Below are positions 28,160 through 37,475 of a DNA stretch of 64,000 bases, piece by piece. The first letter of the stretch is position 1. Each line of letters begins with the position of its first letter. The translations under genes were made by a program, and so were the position numbers. Under the pieces are notes generated by a model. It worked only from the letters and a program-made list of their open reading frames with translations. It was not told the origin of the DNA and ran no database searches. The stretch covers positions 1,328 to 65,327 of the forward strand of contig JAFXBC010000025.1 in NCBI GenBank assembly GCA_017516825.1. Direction: 5' to 3'. The stretch comes from Clostridia bacterium. GTDB taxonomy: Bacteria > Bacillota > Clostridia > Oscillospirales > CAG-382.

Positions 28160-28863
28160 TATACCAATTCTTCCAAAAGCTGCAGTTCTTCTGCCGTCAG
28201 CTCCCGCAGCTTGCCCACGGGCAGGTCGGAAGGCAGGGTCAGGTTCCCCATGGAGACACGGTGGAGCCCCACCACGGTAGCGCCGCAGGAGGCAAACATC
28301 CGCTTGATCTGGTGATACCGCCCCTCCACCAAGGTGACGTAAGCGGTATTGCCCTCCAGAATTTCCATCTCCGCAGGCTTGGTGAGCCCCTCGGAAAGGG
28401 AGATCCCTTCCCGGAAGCGGGAAACCATCTCCTCCGTGGGAGGGATATCCAAGGTGACTAAATACTTCTTCTTCACGTGCTTTTTGGGGGCGAGGATGCG
28501 GTGTGCCATCTGTCCGTCGTCGGTGAGGATCATCATCCCCGTGGTATCCTTGTCCAGCCGCCCCGCAGGGAACAGCCCGTCTCGGTAAAGCTCCTCGGGC
28601 ACCAGCTCCAGCACGTAAGCGCCGTCGTGTCCCTCCGTGGAGGAGACGTAGCATTTTGGCTTATTCAGCATAAGATAAAGGTGCTTTTTGATGGTCAGAG
28701 GAACCCCGTCGATGGCAATGACGGCCGCCGTTTCGTCGATCTTTACGTCCGCGCTTTTCACAGAGACCCCGTCCACCGTGACCCTGCGGCGGGCCACCAG
28801 CTGCTTGACCTCCTTGCGGGAATACTTCCCCTGGGAGGCAATGAGCTTATCCAACCGTTCCAT
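28159..28863 (-). CDS. RsuA/RluB-family pseudouridine synthase (S4 + PseudoU_synth_2)
   Basis: MERLDKLIA..SRKEVKQLV S4 domain and catalytic GRLDKDTTG motif. Confidence 0.9.
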   Translation of the reverse strand: MERLDKLIASQGKYSRKEVKQLVARRRVTVDGVSVKSADVKIDETAAVIAIDGVPLTIKKHLYLMLNKPKCYVSSTEGHDGAYVLELVPEELYRDGLFPAGRLDKDTTGMMILTDDGQMAHRILAPKKHVKKKYLVTLDIPPTEEMVSRFREGISLSEGLTKPAEMEILEGNTAYVTLVEGRYHQIKRMFASCGATVVGLHRVSMGNLTLPSDLPVGKLRELTAEELQLLEELV

Positions 28864-29010
28864 ACGACACCGTCCTTTCCCGTTTCCTTTGGGTAGTCTA
28901 CCATAAATTCCATCTTTTTTCAAGGCAAAATGAAAAAAACTCTTGCATTTTCACGGGGAATAAGGTATCATATACCTATACGAAAGACTTGAAAACAAAG
29001 GAGATCAATT

Positions 29011-29976
29011 ATGCAGAAACCCATCACCGGAACCTGGTTTGAATTTTGGCATCATAACATCCCCGAGGGTAAGTATTGGAACCCCATCTGCCGTCACTTC
29101 TCTGCAGAGCAGTGGGAGGCAAAGGTAGACGAGCTTGCTTCCGTTGGCATGAAGTACATCGTGCTTATGGCAACCGCTCTGGGCTATGAGGAATATGCGG
29201 AAAGCTATTTTGACACCGATATCTTCTCCTTTGCGGAAATGGATTGCAAGGATCCCATGAGCGCACTTTTGAACGCCGCCGACAGAAACGGCATGAAGGT
29301 GTTCGTCTCCTGCGGCTTCTACGGTGTCTGGACCCACACCATGGAGAACATGACCTCCCCCGTGATCACCGAGCGTGCCTTCAAGGCTATGGAACAGCTT
29401 TGGGAGAAATACGGCCACCACGAGTCCTTCTACGGCTGGTACTTCCCGGACGAGACCTGCATCGAGGGTCACTTCCATCCCGCATTCATCGAATACGTCA
29501 ACCGTTACTCCGCTCACGCGCATAAGATCGCTCCCGGCACCAAGACCTTGATCGCCCCCTACGGTACCAACATCCTGGTCGCCGACGACGAGTACGTTGA
29601 GCAGCTGAAGGCTCTGGACGTGGATATCATCGCTTACCAGGATGAGATCGGCGTGCAGAAGTCCAAGCCCGAGGATACCGCAGAATACTATAAGAATCTT
29701 CGCAAGGCACACGACGCCGCAGGCAGAGCCGCGCTCTGGGCAGATATGGAAGCCTTTGAGTTCGAGGGCAAGGTTTACAGCTCCGCTCTGATCCCCGCTA
29801 CCATTGAGCGTCTGGAGCGTCAGATCGAGTCCATCGCCCCCTACGTTGACGAGATCCTGATCTATCAGTACCAGGGTATGTTCAACAAGCCCGGCACCAT
29901 CGCTTACTGCGGCCATCCCGATTCCGTCCGTTATTACAACGAGCTGGCAGAGCATAACGCAAAATACAAAGCGTAA
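29011..29976 (+). CDS. DUF4434-like glycoside-hydrolase-fold protein
   Basis: ITGTWFEFWHHN..EGKYWN start is typical of this family (recollection). TIM-barrel-like length. Confidence 0.7.
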   Translation: MQKPITGTWFEFWHHNIPEGKYWNPICRHFSAEQWEAKVDELASVGMKYIVLMATALGYEEYAESYFDTDIFSFAEMDCKDPMSALLNAADRNGMKVFVSCGFYGVWTHTMENMTSPVITERAFKAMEQLWEKYGHHESFYGWYFPDETCIEGHFHPAFIEYVNRYSAHAHKIAPGTKTLIAPYGTNILVADDEYVEQLKALDVDIIAYQDEIGVQKSKPEDTAEYYKNLRKAHDAAGRAALWADMEAFEFEGKVYSSALIPATIERLERQIESIAPYVDEILIYQYQGMFNKPGTIAYCGHPDSVRYYNELAEHNAKYKA

Positions 29977-29979
29977 CCC

Positions 29980-31557
29980 ATGCTTCGCATCAATCTCAAG
30001 CTCCCCGTGGGTACAACCGGGGAGCTTTTTCAAAAGGTCGCCTCCCTTTTGGGGATGGGGGAGGAGGACTTCACCCTGATCCCCCGCAAGCGTTCCGTGG
30101 ACGCCCGTGAGACCCCCGTCTTCGTCTGGACGGCGGATCTGGCCTTTCGCGACCCAAAAAAGGAAAAGCAACTTCTGAAAAAGCATGGCAAGCTGCTGTC
30201 CGTGGCCCCGGAGGAGACGCCCTACGTCTTTCCCGCTGCACGTTCCCTGCCCGCCAAGCGCCCCATCGTGGTGGGCTTTGGCCCTGCGGGGATCTTCTGC
30301 GCCCTGTTGCTGGCAAGAAGTGGCTTCCGCCCCATGGTTTTGGAGCGGGGAGACTCTATGGAATCCCGGGTGGAGGCGGTGGACACCTTCTTTCGGGAAG
30401 GCAAACTGCAACCGGAGAGCAACCTTCAGTTCGGTGAAGGGGGCGCAGGTGCATTTTCCGACGGAAAACTGAACACACTGGTAAAGGACAAGTCCTTCCG
30501 CGGCTACTTCGCCTTAGAGCAATTGGTGAAGGCAGGGGCTCCCGAGGAGCTTTTGTGGCTGAACAAGCCCCACGTGGGCACGGATCTTCTGCGGCAGGTG
30601 ATCGTGAACCTGCGGGAGGAGATCCATTCTCTAGGCGGGGAGGTACGCTTTTGTTGCCGTGTGGCGCAGGTGCTTTCCGAAGGCGGTCACGTCACGGGGG
30701 TACGCTTGGCTGACGGTACCGTTTTGGAAAGCGATACCGTAATCCTTGCCATTGGGCATTCCGCCAGGGACACCTTCCGTATGCTTCGCGATCTCGGCGT
30801 TCCCATGGAGAAAAAGCCCTTTTCCGTGGGGGTGCGGATCGAGCATCCCCAGACCCTTATCGACCAAGCCCAATACGGCAGAGAGCGGGGCAACTTCCCT
30901 CCTGCGGACTATAAATTGGTTTGCCATACCGAAAACGGCCGCACGGTATACAGCTTCTGTATGTGCCCCGGCGGGGAAGTGGTTGCCGCCGCCTCCGACG
31001 AGGACGGCGTGGTGACCAACGGGATGAGCTACCACGCCCGCGACGGCAAAAACGCCAACAGCGCCCTGCTTTGCGAGATCTTTCCCCATGACGTGGGAGA
31101 GGATCTGTTTGCGGGCATGGCCTTCCAGAAAGAGCTGGAGAAAGCCGCTTACCGTGCGGGAGGGGGGAACCACAAGGCCCCTGCCCAGCGGGTTGGCGAC
31201 TTTCTGGAAAACAGACCCACCACCGCCTTTGGCAGTATCGAGCCCACCTATTCCCGCGGGGTGACTCCCTCCGACCTACGCACCGTTCTGCCGGATTACG
31301 TTTGCGATGCTTTAGCGGAGGCTTTGCCCTATTTCGGGAGAAAGATCAAGGGCTTCGACACCCCCGACGGGGTGCTGACGGCGGTGGAAAGCCGCAGTAC
31401 CTGCCCCGTGCGTATCCTGCGGGATGAAGGCATGGAATCTCTCCCCGGGCTTTACCCCATCGGAGAGGGTGCAGGCTATGCAGGCGGCATCATCTCCGCC
31501 GCCATCGACGGCATCAAATGTGCCGAAACCATCGTTACCAAACAAAAACAAAAATAG
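29980..31557 (+). CDS. FAD-dependent oxidoreductase (COG2509-like)
   Basis: Dinucleotide-binding VVGFGPAGIFCALLLARSG..VLERG. C-terminal PIGEGAGYAGGI. Confidence 0.85.
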   Translation: MLRINLKLPVGTTGELFQKVASLLGMGEEDFTLIPRKRSVDARETPVFVWTADLAFRDPKKEKQLLKKHGKLLSVAPEETPYVFPAARSLPAKRPIVVGFGPAGIFCALLLARSGFRPMVLERGDSMESRVEAVDTFFREGKLQPESNLQFGEGGAGAFSDGKLNTLVKDKSFRGYFALEQLVKAGAPEELLWLNKPHVGTDLLRQVIVNLREEIHSLGGEVRFCCRVAQVLSEGGHVTGVRLADGTVLESDTVILAIGHSARDTFRMLRDLGVPMEKKPFSVGVRIEHPQTLIDQAQYGRERGNFPPADYKLVCHTENGRTVYSFCMCPGGEVVAAASDEDGVVTNGMSYHARDGKNANSALLCEIFPHDVGEDLFAGMAFQKELEKAAYRAGGGNHKAPAQRVGDFLENRPTTAFGSIEPTYSRGVTPSDLRTVLPDYVCDALAEALPYFGRKIKGFDTPDGVLTAVESRSTCPVRILRDEGMESLPGLYPIGEGAGYAGGIISAAIDGIKCAETIVTKQKQK

Positions 31558-31573
31558 AGAAAGGACACCCATT

Positions 31574-32719
31574 ATGAACAGATTCGTACTCAACGAGACC
31601 TCTTACCATGGCAAGGGCGCCATCTCCGCCGTTGCCGACGAGATCAAAGCCCGCGGCTTTGCAAAAGCCTTCGTGGCATCCGACCCCGATCTGGTGAAGT
31701 TCGGCGTGACCGGCAAGGTGCTGGCCGTGCTGGATGCCGATCAGATCCCCTACACCCTGTTCTCCGAGATCAAGCCCAACCCCACCATCGAAAACGTACA
31801 GGCAGGCGTGGAAGCCTATAAGGCTTGCGGCGCAGACTGCATCGTTGCCATCGGCGGCGGCTCCTCTATGGATACCGCAAAGGCTGTGGGCATCATCATC
31901 AACAACCCCGAGTTTGCAGACGTCCGTTCTCTTGAGGGCGTTGCTCCCACCAAGAATAAGTGCGTTCCCATCATCGCCGTTCCCACCACCGCCGGTACCG
32001 CCGCAGAGGTGACCATCAACTACGTGATCACCGACGTGGAAAAGAACCGCAAGATGGTTTGCGTAGACGTACACGATATCCCTGTGGTAGCCGTAGTCGA
32101 TCCCGACATGATGGCCACCATGCCCAAGGGCCTCACCGCCGCTACCGGTATGGACGCTCTCACCCACGCCATCGAGGGCTATATCACCAAGGGCGCCTGG
32201 ACCCTCTCCGATATGTTCCACATCGAGGCCATCCGCATCATCGCTGCTTCTCTCCGCGGCGCCGTGGCAGGCACCGACGAGGGCAGAGAGGGCATGGCTT
32301 TGGGTCAGTACGTGGCAGGCATGGGCTTCTCCAACGTAGGTCTTGGCATCGTGCACTCCATGGCACACCCCTTGGGCGCTCTGTACGACACTCCCCACGG
32401 CGTGGCAAACGCCATCATCCTGCCCACCGTTATGGAATATAACGCTCCCGCCACCGGTGACAAGTATAAGTATATCGCCGCCGCCATGGGCGTGGAAGGC
32501 ACCGAGAGCATGACCGTAGAGGAATACCGCAAGGCGGCCATCGATGCGGTGAAGCAGCTTTCCCTGGACGTTGGCATCCCCGCTGACCTGAAGGAGATCG
32601 TCAAAGCTGAGGACATCCCCTTCCTGGCACAGTCCGCTTACGACGACGCCTGCCGTCCCGGCAACCCCAGAGACACCTCCGTGGAGGAGATCACCCAGCT
32701 GTATAAGAGCTTGATCTAA
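31574..32719 (+). CDS. Iron-containing (group III) alcohol dehydrogenase, lactaldehyde reductase-like
   Basis: IVAIGGGSSMDTAKA, PTTAGTAAEVT and His cluster HSMAHPLG..PHG. Confidence 0.92.
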   Translation: MNRFVLNETSYHGKGAISAVADEIKARGFAKAFVASDPDLVKFGVTGKVLAVLDADQIPYTLFSEIKPNPTIENVQAGVEAYKACGADCIVAIGGGSSMDTAKAVGIIINNPEFADVRSLEGVAPTKNKCVPIIAVPTTAGTAAEVTINYVITDVEKNRKMVCVDVHDIPVVAVVDPDMMATMPKGLTAATGMDALTHAIEGYITKGAWTLSDMFHIEAIRIIAASLRGAVAGTDEGREGMALGQYVAGMGFSNVGLGIVHSMAHPLGALYDTPHGVANAIILPTVMEYNAPATGDKYKYIAAAMGVEGTESMTVEEYRKAAIDAVKQLSLDVGIPADLKEIVKAEDIPFLAQSAYDDACRPGNPRDTSVEEITQLYKSLI

Positions 32720-32728
32720 GGGGGCGCA

Positions 32729-32760
32729 CTTAAGGGGCTTTTTGAAAAAAGCCCCTTAAG
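32729..32760 (+). terminator. 14-bp hairpin after the ADH gene (also part of the repeat family)
   Basis: CTTAAGGGGCTTTT / AAAAGCCCCTTAAG. No clean U-tract follows. Confidence 0.5.
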
Positions 32761-32844
32761 AATCCCCAAAAACTTTTCATGCCGCAAGCTGTTGCTTGCG
32801 AAAAAAAGATAAAGGATTGTTCATAGCGAACAGTCCTTTTTTTC

Positions 32845-32923
32845 TCCCGAAAACGCAAGTTTTCGGCAGGTAGGTTTTCTTTGGAGTTTAAGAACCTTTC
32901 TTTTTTCGAAAAGAAAGGTTCTT
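32845..32923 (+). repeat. Two-hairpin intergenic repeat, copy B
   Basis: Hairpin X CCGAAAACGCAAGTTTTCGG (32847-32866), spacer ..TTTCTTTGGAGTTT, hairpin Y AAGAACCTTTCTTTT-TTCG-AAAAGAAAGGTTCTT (32890-32923). Confidence 0.75.
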
Positions 32924-33014
32924 CCGTTCTCTCGGTAAAAATTCAAAAAATCCTATTGATAGCCATGGAAAAAAGTGGTATAATAAGAAAAACGTTTTTT
33001 GGAGTGAATCCCCC

Positions 33015-33482
33015 ATGACCATCCGCAGAGCCGCCCCCGCCGACCTGGGCGCGATCAATCGTTTGCTGTTGCAGGTGCTGACGGTGCACCACGAAAGCCG
33101 CCCCGACCTGTTCAAGGCGGGCACCAAGAAATATACGGATCCGGAGCTTCTTGCCATCATCTCCGACGACACCCGCCCCATCTTCGTGGCGGAGGAGAAC
33201 GGCGAGGTGCTGGGCTACGCCTTCTGCATCTTTCAGCAATATTTGGATAACAACATCCTCACCGACGTGAAGACCTTGTATATCGACGACCTCTGCGTGG
33301 ACGAGACAAAACGGGGGATGCACGTGGGAAGCGCCCTCTACCGCCACGTGTTGGCGTACGCAAAGGATAGCGGATGTTACAACGTTACCCTGAACGTCTG
33401 GGCCTGTAACGATAGCGCTATGAAGTTCTACCAAAACATGGGGCTGGTTCCCCAGAAGATCGGTATGGAGCAGATCTTATGA
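33015..33482 (+). CDS. GNAT-family N-acetyltransferase
   Basis: Acetyl-CoA motif A-like region LCVDETKRGMHVGSALY; NVTLNVWACNDSAMKFYQNMG. Confidence 0.85.
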   Translation: MTIRRAAPADLGAINRLLLQVLTVHHESRPDLFKAGTKKYTDPELLAIISDDTRPIFVAEENGEVLGYAFCIFQQYLDNNILTDVKTLYIDDLCVDETKRGMHVGSALYRHVLAYAKDSGCYNVTLNVWACNDSAMKFYQNMGLVPQKIGMEQIL

Positions 33483-34519
33483 GAAAGTTGCTTTGCCTCC
33501 TTGCCTGCTTACTGCTGGCCTCCTGTACCCTTCCTCCCTTGGAGGAAAGCGCCCTACCTGCGGTTTCCGTGGCGGAAAGTCTGCCCCAGACCTCTTATGA
33601 AGAAAGCTCCCTTGAAGCTTCCTCCGTACCGGAAACGGAGATCTCCCTCCCTGCCGATATCTCCTTAGAAAACTTTCCCGAGGAATCTGATGAGGAATCC
33701 TCCGAGGAAGAAAGCGCCCTACCCGTCCACAAACTCCAATCTGCCGTGGGGGCAAAAAGCGCCTTCTTGTACGATTCTTCTCTGAACGTTGTTTTCGCCA
33801 AAGGGGACTTGAACGAGAAGATCTACCCCGCATCCATCACCAAATTGTATACCGCCTACGTGGCCTTGCAGTATCTGGAGCCCTCCGACGTGATCACCGC
33901 AGGGGAGGAGCTTTCCTTCGTAGGGAAAGGCTCCACCATCGCGTATATCGCAAGAGGCCACCGCCTTACTGCGGAAATGCTGGTGCAGGGGATGCTGCTC
34001 CCCAGCGGAAACGATGCCGCCTACGTCCTGGCCGCAGGTGCAGGACGGGTGATCCTGGAGGACGAGAACGCCTCCGCCACCGATGCGGTTGCCGCCTTTA
34101 TGTCCGCGGTGAATCACCACGCCCGGGCGGACGGGCTGGCGGGAACCCACTTTTCCGTCCCCGACGGCTACCACAGGGACGACCACTACACCACCATGGC
34201 GGATCTTTTGAAGATCGCTTTGCTGGTGTCGGAAAACGAGACCATCACCCGCTATACGGGAATGCTGTCCGCGCGGGTGACCTACCACAGCGGCGAAACC
34301 AACAACTGGACCAACACCAACCGTCTGCTGGATCCCGCCTCTAGGTATTACCGTGAAGGCGTCATCGGGCTGAAAACGGGGCACACCTCCCAATCGGGGT
34401 ATTGCCTCCTTGCCGCCGAGATGCGGGGCGACCGTTTGATCGTCACCGGCGTGTTCGGCTGTCAGACCGCCGACGGGCGGTTTGCCGACACCGTCACCCT
34501 TTTGGAATCTTTGATCTGA
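33479..34519 (+). CDS. D-alanyl-D-alanine carboxypeptidase (S11), lipoprotein
   Basis: Lipobox LLLAS|C. SxxK (ASITK), SxN (PSGND) and KTG (LKTGHT). ATGA overlap with the upstream gene. Confidence 0.9.
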   Translation: MRKLLCLLACLLLASCTLPPLEESALPAVSVAESLPQTSYEESSLEASSVPETEISLPADISLENFPEESDEESSEEESALPVHKLQSAVGAKSAFLYDSSLNVVFAKGDLNEKIYPASITKLYTAYVALQYLEPSDVITAGEELSFVGKGSTIAYIARGHRLTAEMLVQGMLLPSGNDAAYVLAAGAGRVILEDENASATDAVAAFMSAVNHHARADGLAGTHFSVPDGYHRDDHYTTMADLLKIALLVSENETITRYTGMLSARVTYHSGETNNWTNTNRLLDPASRYYREGVIGLKTGHTSQSGYCLLAAEMRGDRLIVTGVFGCQTADGRFADTVTLLESLI

Positions 34520-34530
34520 ACGAGGTTTTT

Positions 34531-35283
34531 ATGAAATTTATTTCTTGGAACGTCAACGGCTTCCGCTCCTGCCTGGGGAAGGGCTTTGCCGATTTCTTTG
34601 CCCAAGCGGATGCAGACTTCTTCTGCCTGCAGGAGACCAAAATGCAGCCGGGGCAGGCGGAATTTACCCCGGAGGGCTATTTTCAGTATTGGTACAGCGC
34701 CGAAAAGAAGGGCTATTCCGGTACGGCTGTCTTTGCCAAACGGGAGCCCCTTTCCGTGTCCTACGGCTTGGGAATTCCCGAGCATGATACCGAGGGACGG
34801 ACCATCACCTTGGAATACGAGGATTTTTACCTGGTGTGCGTCTACACCCCCAACGCCCAGCGGGAGCTGGCAAGGCTGGACTACCGTATGGCCTGGGAGG
34901 ACGCCCTACGGGAATACCTCTGCGCCCTGGATGCAAAGAAGCCCGTGATCTATTGCGGCGATCTGAACGTGGCTCACATGGAGATCGACCTGAAGAACCC
35001 CAAGACCAACCACTTCAGCGCAGGCTTTTCCGACGAGGAGCGGGAGAAATTTACCCGGCTGTTAAACAGCGGCTTTGCGGACACCTTCCGCACCCTGTAC
35101 CCCGATAAGGTGCAGTATTCCTGGTGGAGCTATATGTACCACGCCAGGGAGAAGAACGTGGGCTGGCGGATCGACTATTTCGTGGTGTCAAGCCGTCTGA
35201 TGCCCAAGGTAAAGGACAGCTACTTATTGAACGATGTTGTGGGAAGCGACCATTGCCCTGCAGGGCTGGAGCTTGACCTATGA
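34531..35283 (+). CDS. xth: Exodeoxyribonuclease III
   Basis: MKFISWNVNG, FCLQETK, GDLNVAH and C-terminal SDHCP. Confidence 0.93.
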   Translation: MKFISWNVNGFRSCLGKGFADFFAQADADFFCLQETKMQPGQAEFTPEGYFQYWYSAEKKGYSGTAVFAKREPLSVSYGLGIPEHDTEGRTITLEYEDFYLVCVYTPNAQRELARLDYRMAWEDALREYLCALDAKKPVIYCGDLNVAHMEIDLKNPKTNHFSAGFSDEEREKFTRLLNSGFADTFRTLYPDKVQYSWWSYMYHAREKNVGWRIDYFVVSSRLMPKVKDSYLLNDVVGSDHCPAGLELDL

Positions 35284-36245
35284 TCCGCCTTGCAAGAGAG
35301 GGGGATCTTCCCCGTATTCTGGAGATTTACGCTACTGCCCGCAGTTTTATGCAGGCAAACGGCAATCCTGACCAATGGAAGGACGGATATCCTGCTCAAG
35401 AGGTCTTGGAGGCTGATATCGCCGCCGAAAAGCTATACGTGGGAGAGGAAAAGGGCGTTCCCTTCGGTGTGTTTTTCCTGTCGGAAGGGCCCGACCCCAC
35501 TTATAGCCGTATCGACGGGGAAGGGTGGCGTTCCGAGGCACCCTACGGCGTGATCCACAGGATCGCCTCCGACGGCACCCGCAAGGGCTTTTTACATACC
35601 GCCGTAACCTTTGCAAAAGAGCGGTTTTCTCATCTCCGCATCGATACTCACAAGGACAACCTGCCCATGCAGAACGCCCTTGCCAAGGAGGGGTTTTCCC
35701 ACAGAGGGACGATTTACCTGGCAAACGGGGATCCCCGCTTGGCGTACGACCTTCTCGGTATGGAAAAGGTGCTGGTCATCGGTTGCCCCGGGGGCGGAAA
35801 ATCCACCTTCGCCAGAGCCCTGCGGGACAAAACGGGGCTTCCCTTGTACTGCCTGGATATGATCTGGCACAAGGCGGACAGAACCACCGTCACCCGCGAG
35901 GAGTTCGACACCCGCCTGGAGGCCATTCTGAAAGAGCCCCGTTTCCTCATCGACGGGAATTACAACCGCACCCTGGAGACCCGCCTTGCCGCCTGCGACA
36001 CGGTGTTTTTACTGGATCTCCCCCCGGAGGTGTGCCTTGCCGGGGTGGAATCCCGCATCGGTAAAAAGCGGGAAGATATGCCCTGGGTGGAAGAAGAATT
36101 CGACCCGGAATTCAGAGACTGGATCATCAATTTCGGAAAAGATAATCTTCCCTACATCTACGAATGCCTGAAAAACACCCGCGGCAAACGGGTGGTGATC
36201 TTCCATAGCAGGGAGGAAGCGGGGCGCTTTTTGGAGACCTTATGA
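35280..36245 (+). CDS. GNAT acetyltransferase fused to P-loop kinase-like (topology-modulation/adenylate-kinase-like) domain
   Basis: The N-terminal half is GNAT-like. The C-terminal half starts KVLVIGCPGGGKSTFARAL (Walker A). Confidence 0.75.
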   Translation: MIRLAREGDLPRILEIYATARSFMQANGNPDQWKDGYPAQEVLEADIAAEKLYVGEEKGVPFGVFFLSEGPDPTYSRIDGEGWRSEAPYGVIHRIASDGTRKGFLHTAVTFAKERFSHLRIDTHKDNLPMQNALAKEGFSHRGTIYLANGDPRLAYDLLGMEKVLVIGCPGGGKSTFARALRDKTGLPLYCLDMIWHKADRTTVTREEFDTRLEAILKEPRFLIDGNYNRTLETRLAACDTVFLLDLPPEVCLAGVESRIGKKREDMPWVEEEFDPEFRDWIINFGKDNLPYIYECLKNTRGKRVVIFHSREEAGRFLETL

Positions 36246-36700
36246 CACGAATCTTATTTGTCTGCCACGGGAACATCTGCCGTTCCCCCATGGCGGAGTT
36301 TATCTTCAAGGATATGGTGGAAAAGCAGGGGAGAGCAAAAGAGTTTTTCGTTGCCTCCTGTGCCACCTCCACGGAGGAGATTTGGAACGGTATCGGCAAC
36401 CTCGTGTACCCGCCTGCCAAGGCAGAGCTGGCAAAGCACGGCATCTCCTGCGAGGGAAAACGGGCCGTGCAATTGAGAAAAACAGATTATGTAAACTACG
36501 ATCTGCTGATCGCCATGGATAGCAACAACCTCCGCAATATCCACCGTATGCTTGGGGGAGACCCTCAGCAGAAGGTGCGTAAGCTTATGGACTACACGCC
36601 CCGCGGCGGGGATGTGGCAGATCCCTGGTATACCGACCGCTTTGATATCGCCTATCGGGATATTGAAGAAGGCTGTCGGTGTCTTTTGGAACAACTTTGA
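36242..36700 (+). CDS. Low-molecular-weight protein-tyrosine phosphatase
   Basis: ILFVCHGNICRSPMAE (CX5R P-loop) and DPWY. Confidence 0.9.
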   Translation: MTRILFVCHGNICRSPMAEFIFKDMVEKQGRAKEFFVASCATSTEEIWNGIGNLVYPPAKAELAKHGISCEGKRAVQLRKTDYVNYDLLIAMDSNNLRNIHRMLGGDPQQKVRKLMDYTPRGGDVADPWYTDRFDIAYRDIEEGCRCLLEQL

Positions 36701-36716
36701 AAGAGAGGCTTTCAGT

Positions 36717-37259
36717 ATGTCTGAATTTTTGGATTCTTTGCACCCGGTTGCGGTGTGCTTGATCGTTTGTTGTGCCAAGATCGTCGAGATCACCATCCAA
36801 TCCCTGAAGACCTGTATGATGGTAAAGGGACAGCGCTTGAAGGCCGCAGGGCTGGGCTTTGTGGAATGTACCATTTGGGGCTTGGTGATCTCCACCATCA
36901 TCGGCACGTTGGGAGATAACCTGTTCCTGTTGGCCTTCTATTGCGTGGGCTACGCCACGGGCTTGTTCCTGGGTTCTACCTTGGAAAACAAGATCGCCCT
37001 GGGCACCTCCAACTTAGAGCTGATCGCAAGCGACGACAGCACCGAGAAGATCACCGCCTACCTGGAATCCCGCGGGATGGGATACACCGTTTTTGCAGGC
37101 CACGGCTCTGCGGAAAAAATGAATATGATCTTCATCGTCCTGCCCCGCAAGGAGACGCCCAAGACGCTGAAGGCCATCCGCAAGGTATGCGACAACAAGG
37201 TCTTCGTGGTTGCCTCCGAGGTCAGCAAGTACGCCGGCGGCTACGGTATGATGAAGTGA
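36717..37259 (+). CDS. UPF0316/DUF2179-family membrane protein
   Basis: Three N-terminal TM helices plus a C-terminal soluble domain ending GGYG. Pattern recalled from the YebE-like family. Confidence 0.75.
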   Translation: MSEFLDSLHPVAVCLIVCCAKIVEITIQSLKTCMMVKGQRLKAAGLGFVECTIWGLVISTIIGTLGDNLFLLAFYCVGYATGLFLGSTLENKIALGTSNLELIASDDSTEKITAYLESRGMGYTVFAGHGSAEKMNMIFIVLPRKETPKTLKAIRKVCDNKVFVVASEVSKYAGGYGMMK

Positions 37260-37261
37260 CT

Positions 37262-37387
37262 TAGAGGGCGTTGCCCTCTAAAACACCCGCCAAAGAAACT
37301 TTTTAGGGAAAAAAGCTTCTTTGGAATCTTCAAAAACCTTAATAGTTTTTTGTGAAAGAACCTTTCTTCTAAAAAGAAGGGTTCTTA
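37262..37387 (+). repeat. Intergenic repeat copy C (left module 37263-37345 + hairpin Y 37357-37387)
   Basis: AGGGCGTTGCCCT, CCAAAGAAACTTTTTAGGGAAAAAAGCTTCTTTGG, TCTTCAAAAACCTT, then AAGAACCTTTCTTCTAAAAAGAAGGGTTCTT plus a T-run. Confidence 0.75.
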
Positions 37388-37475
37388 CGTTTTTATATAC
37401 CGTTGGTTGATTCTCATTGCAATTCTTCTTTTTGCCGTTATACTGAGGGTACACAAAGTTATTTTCAGGAGACCT

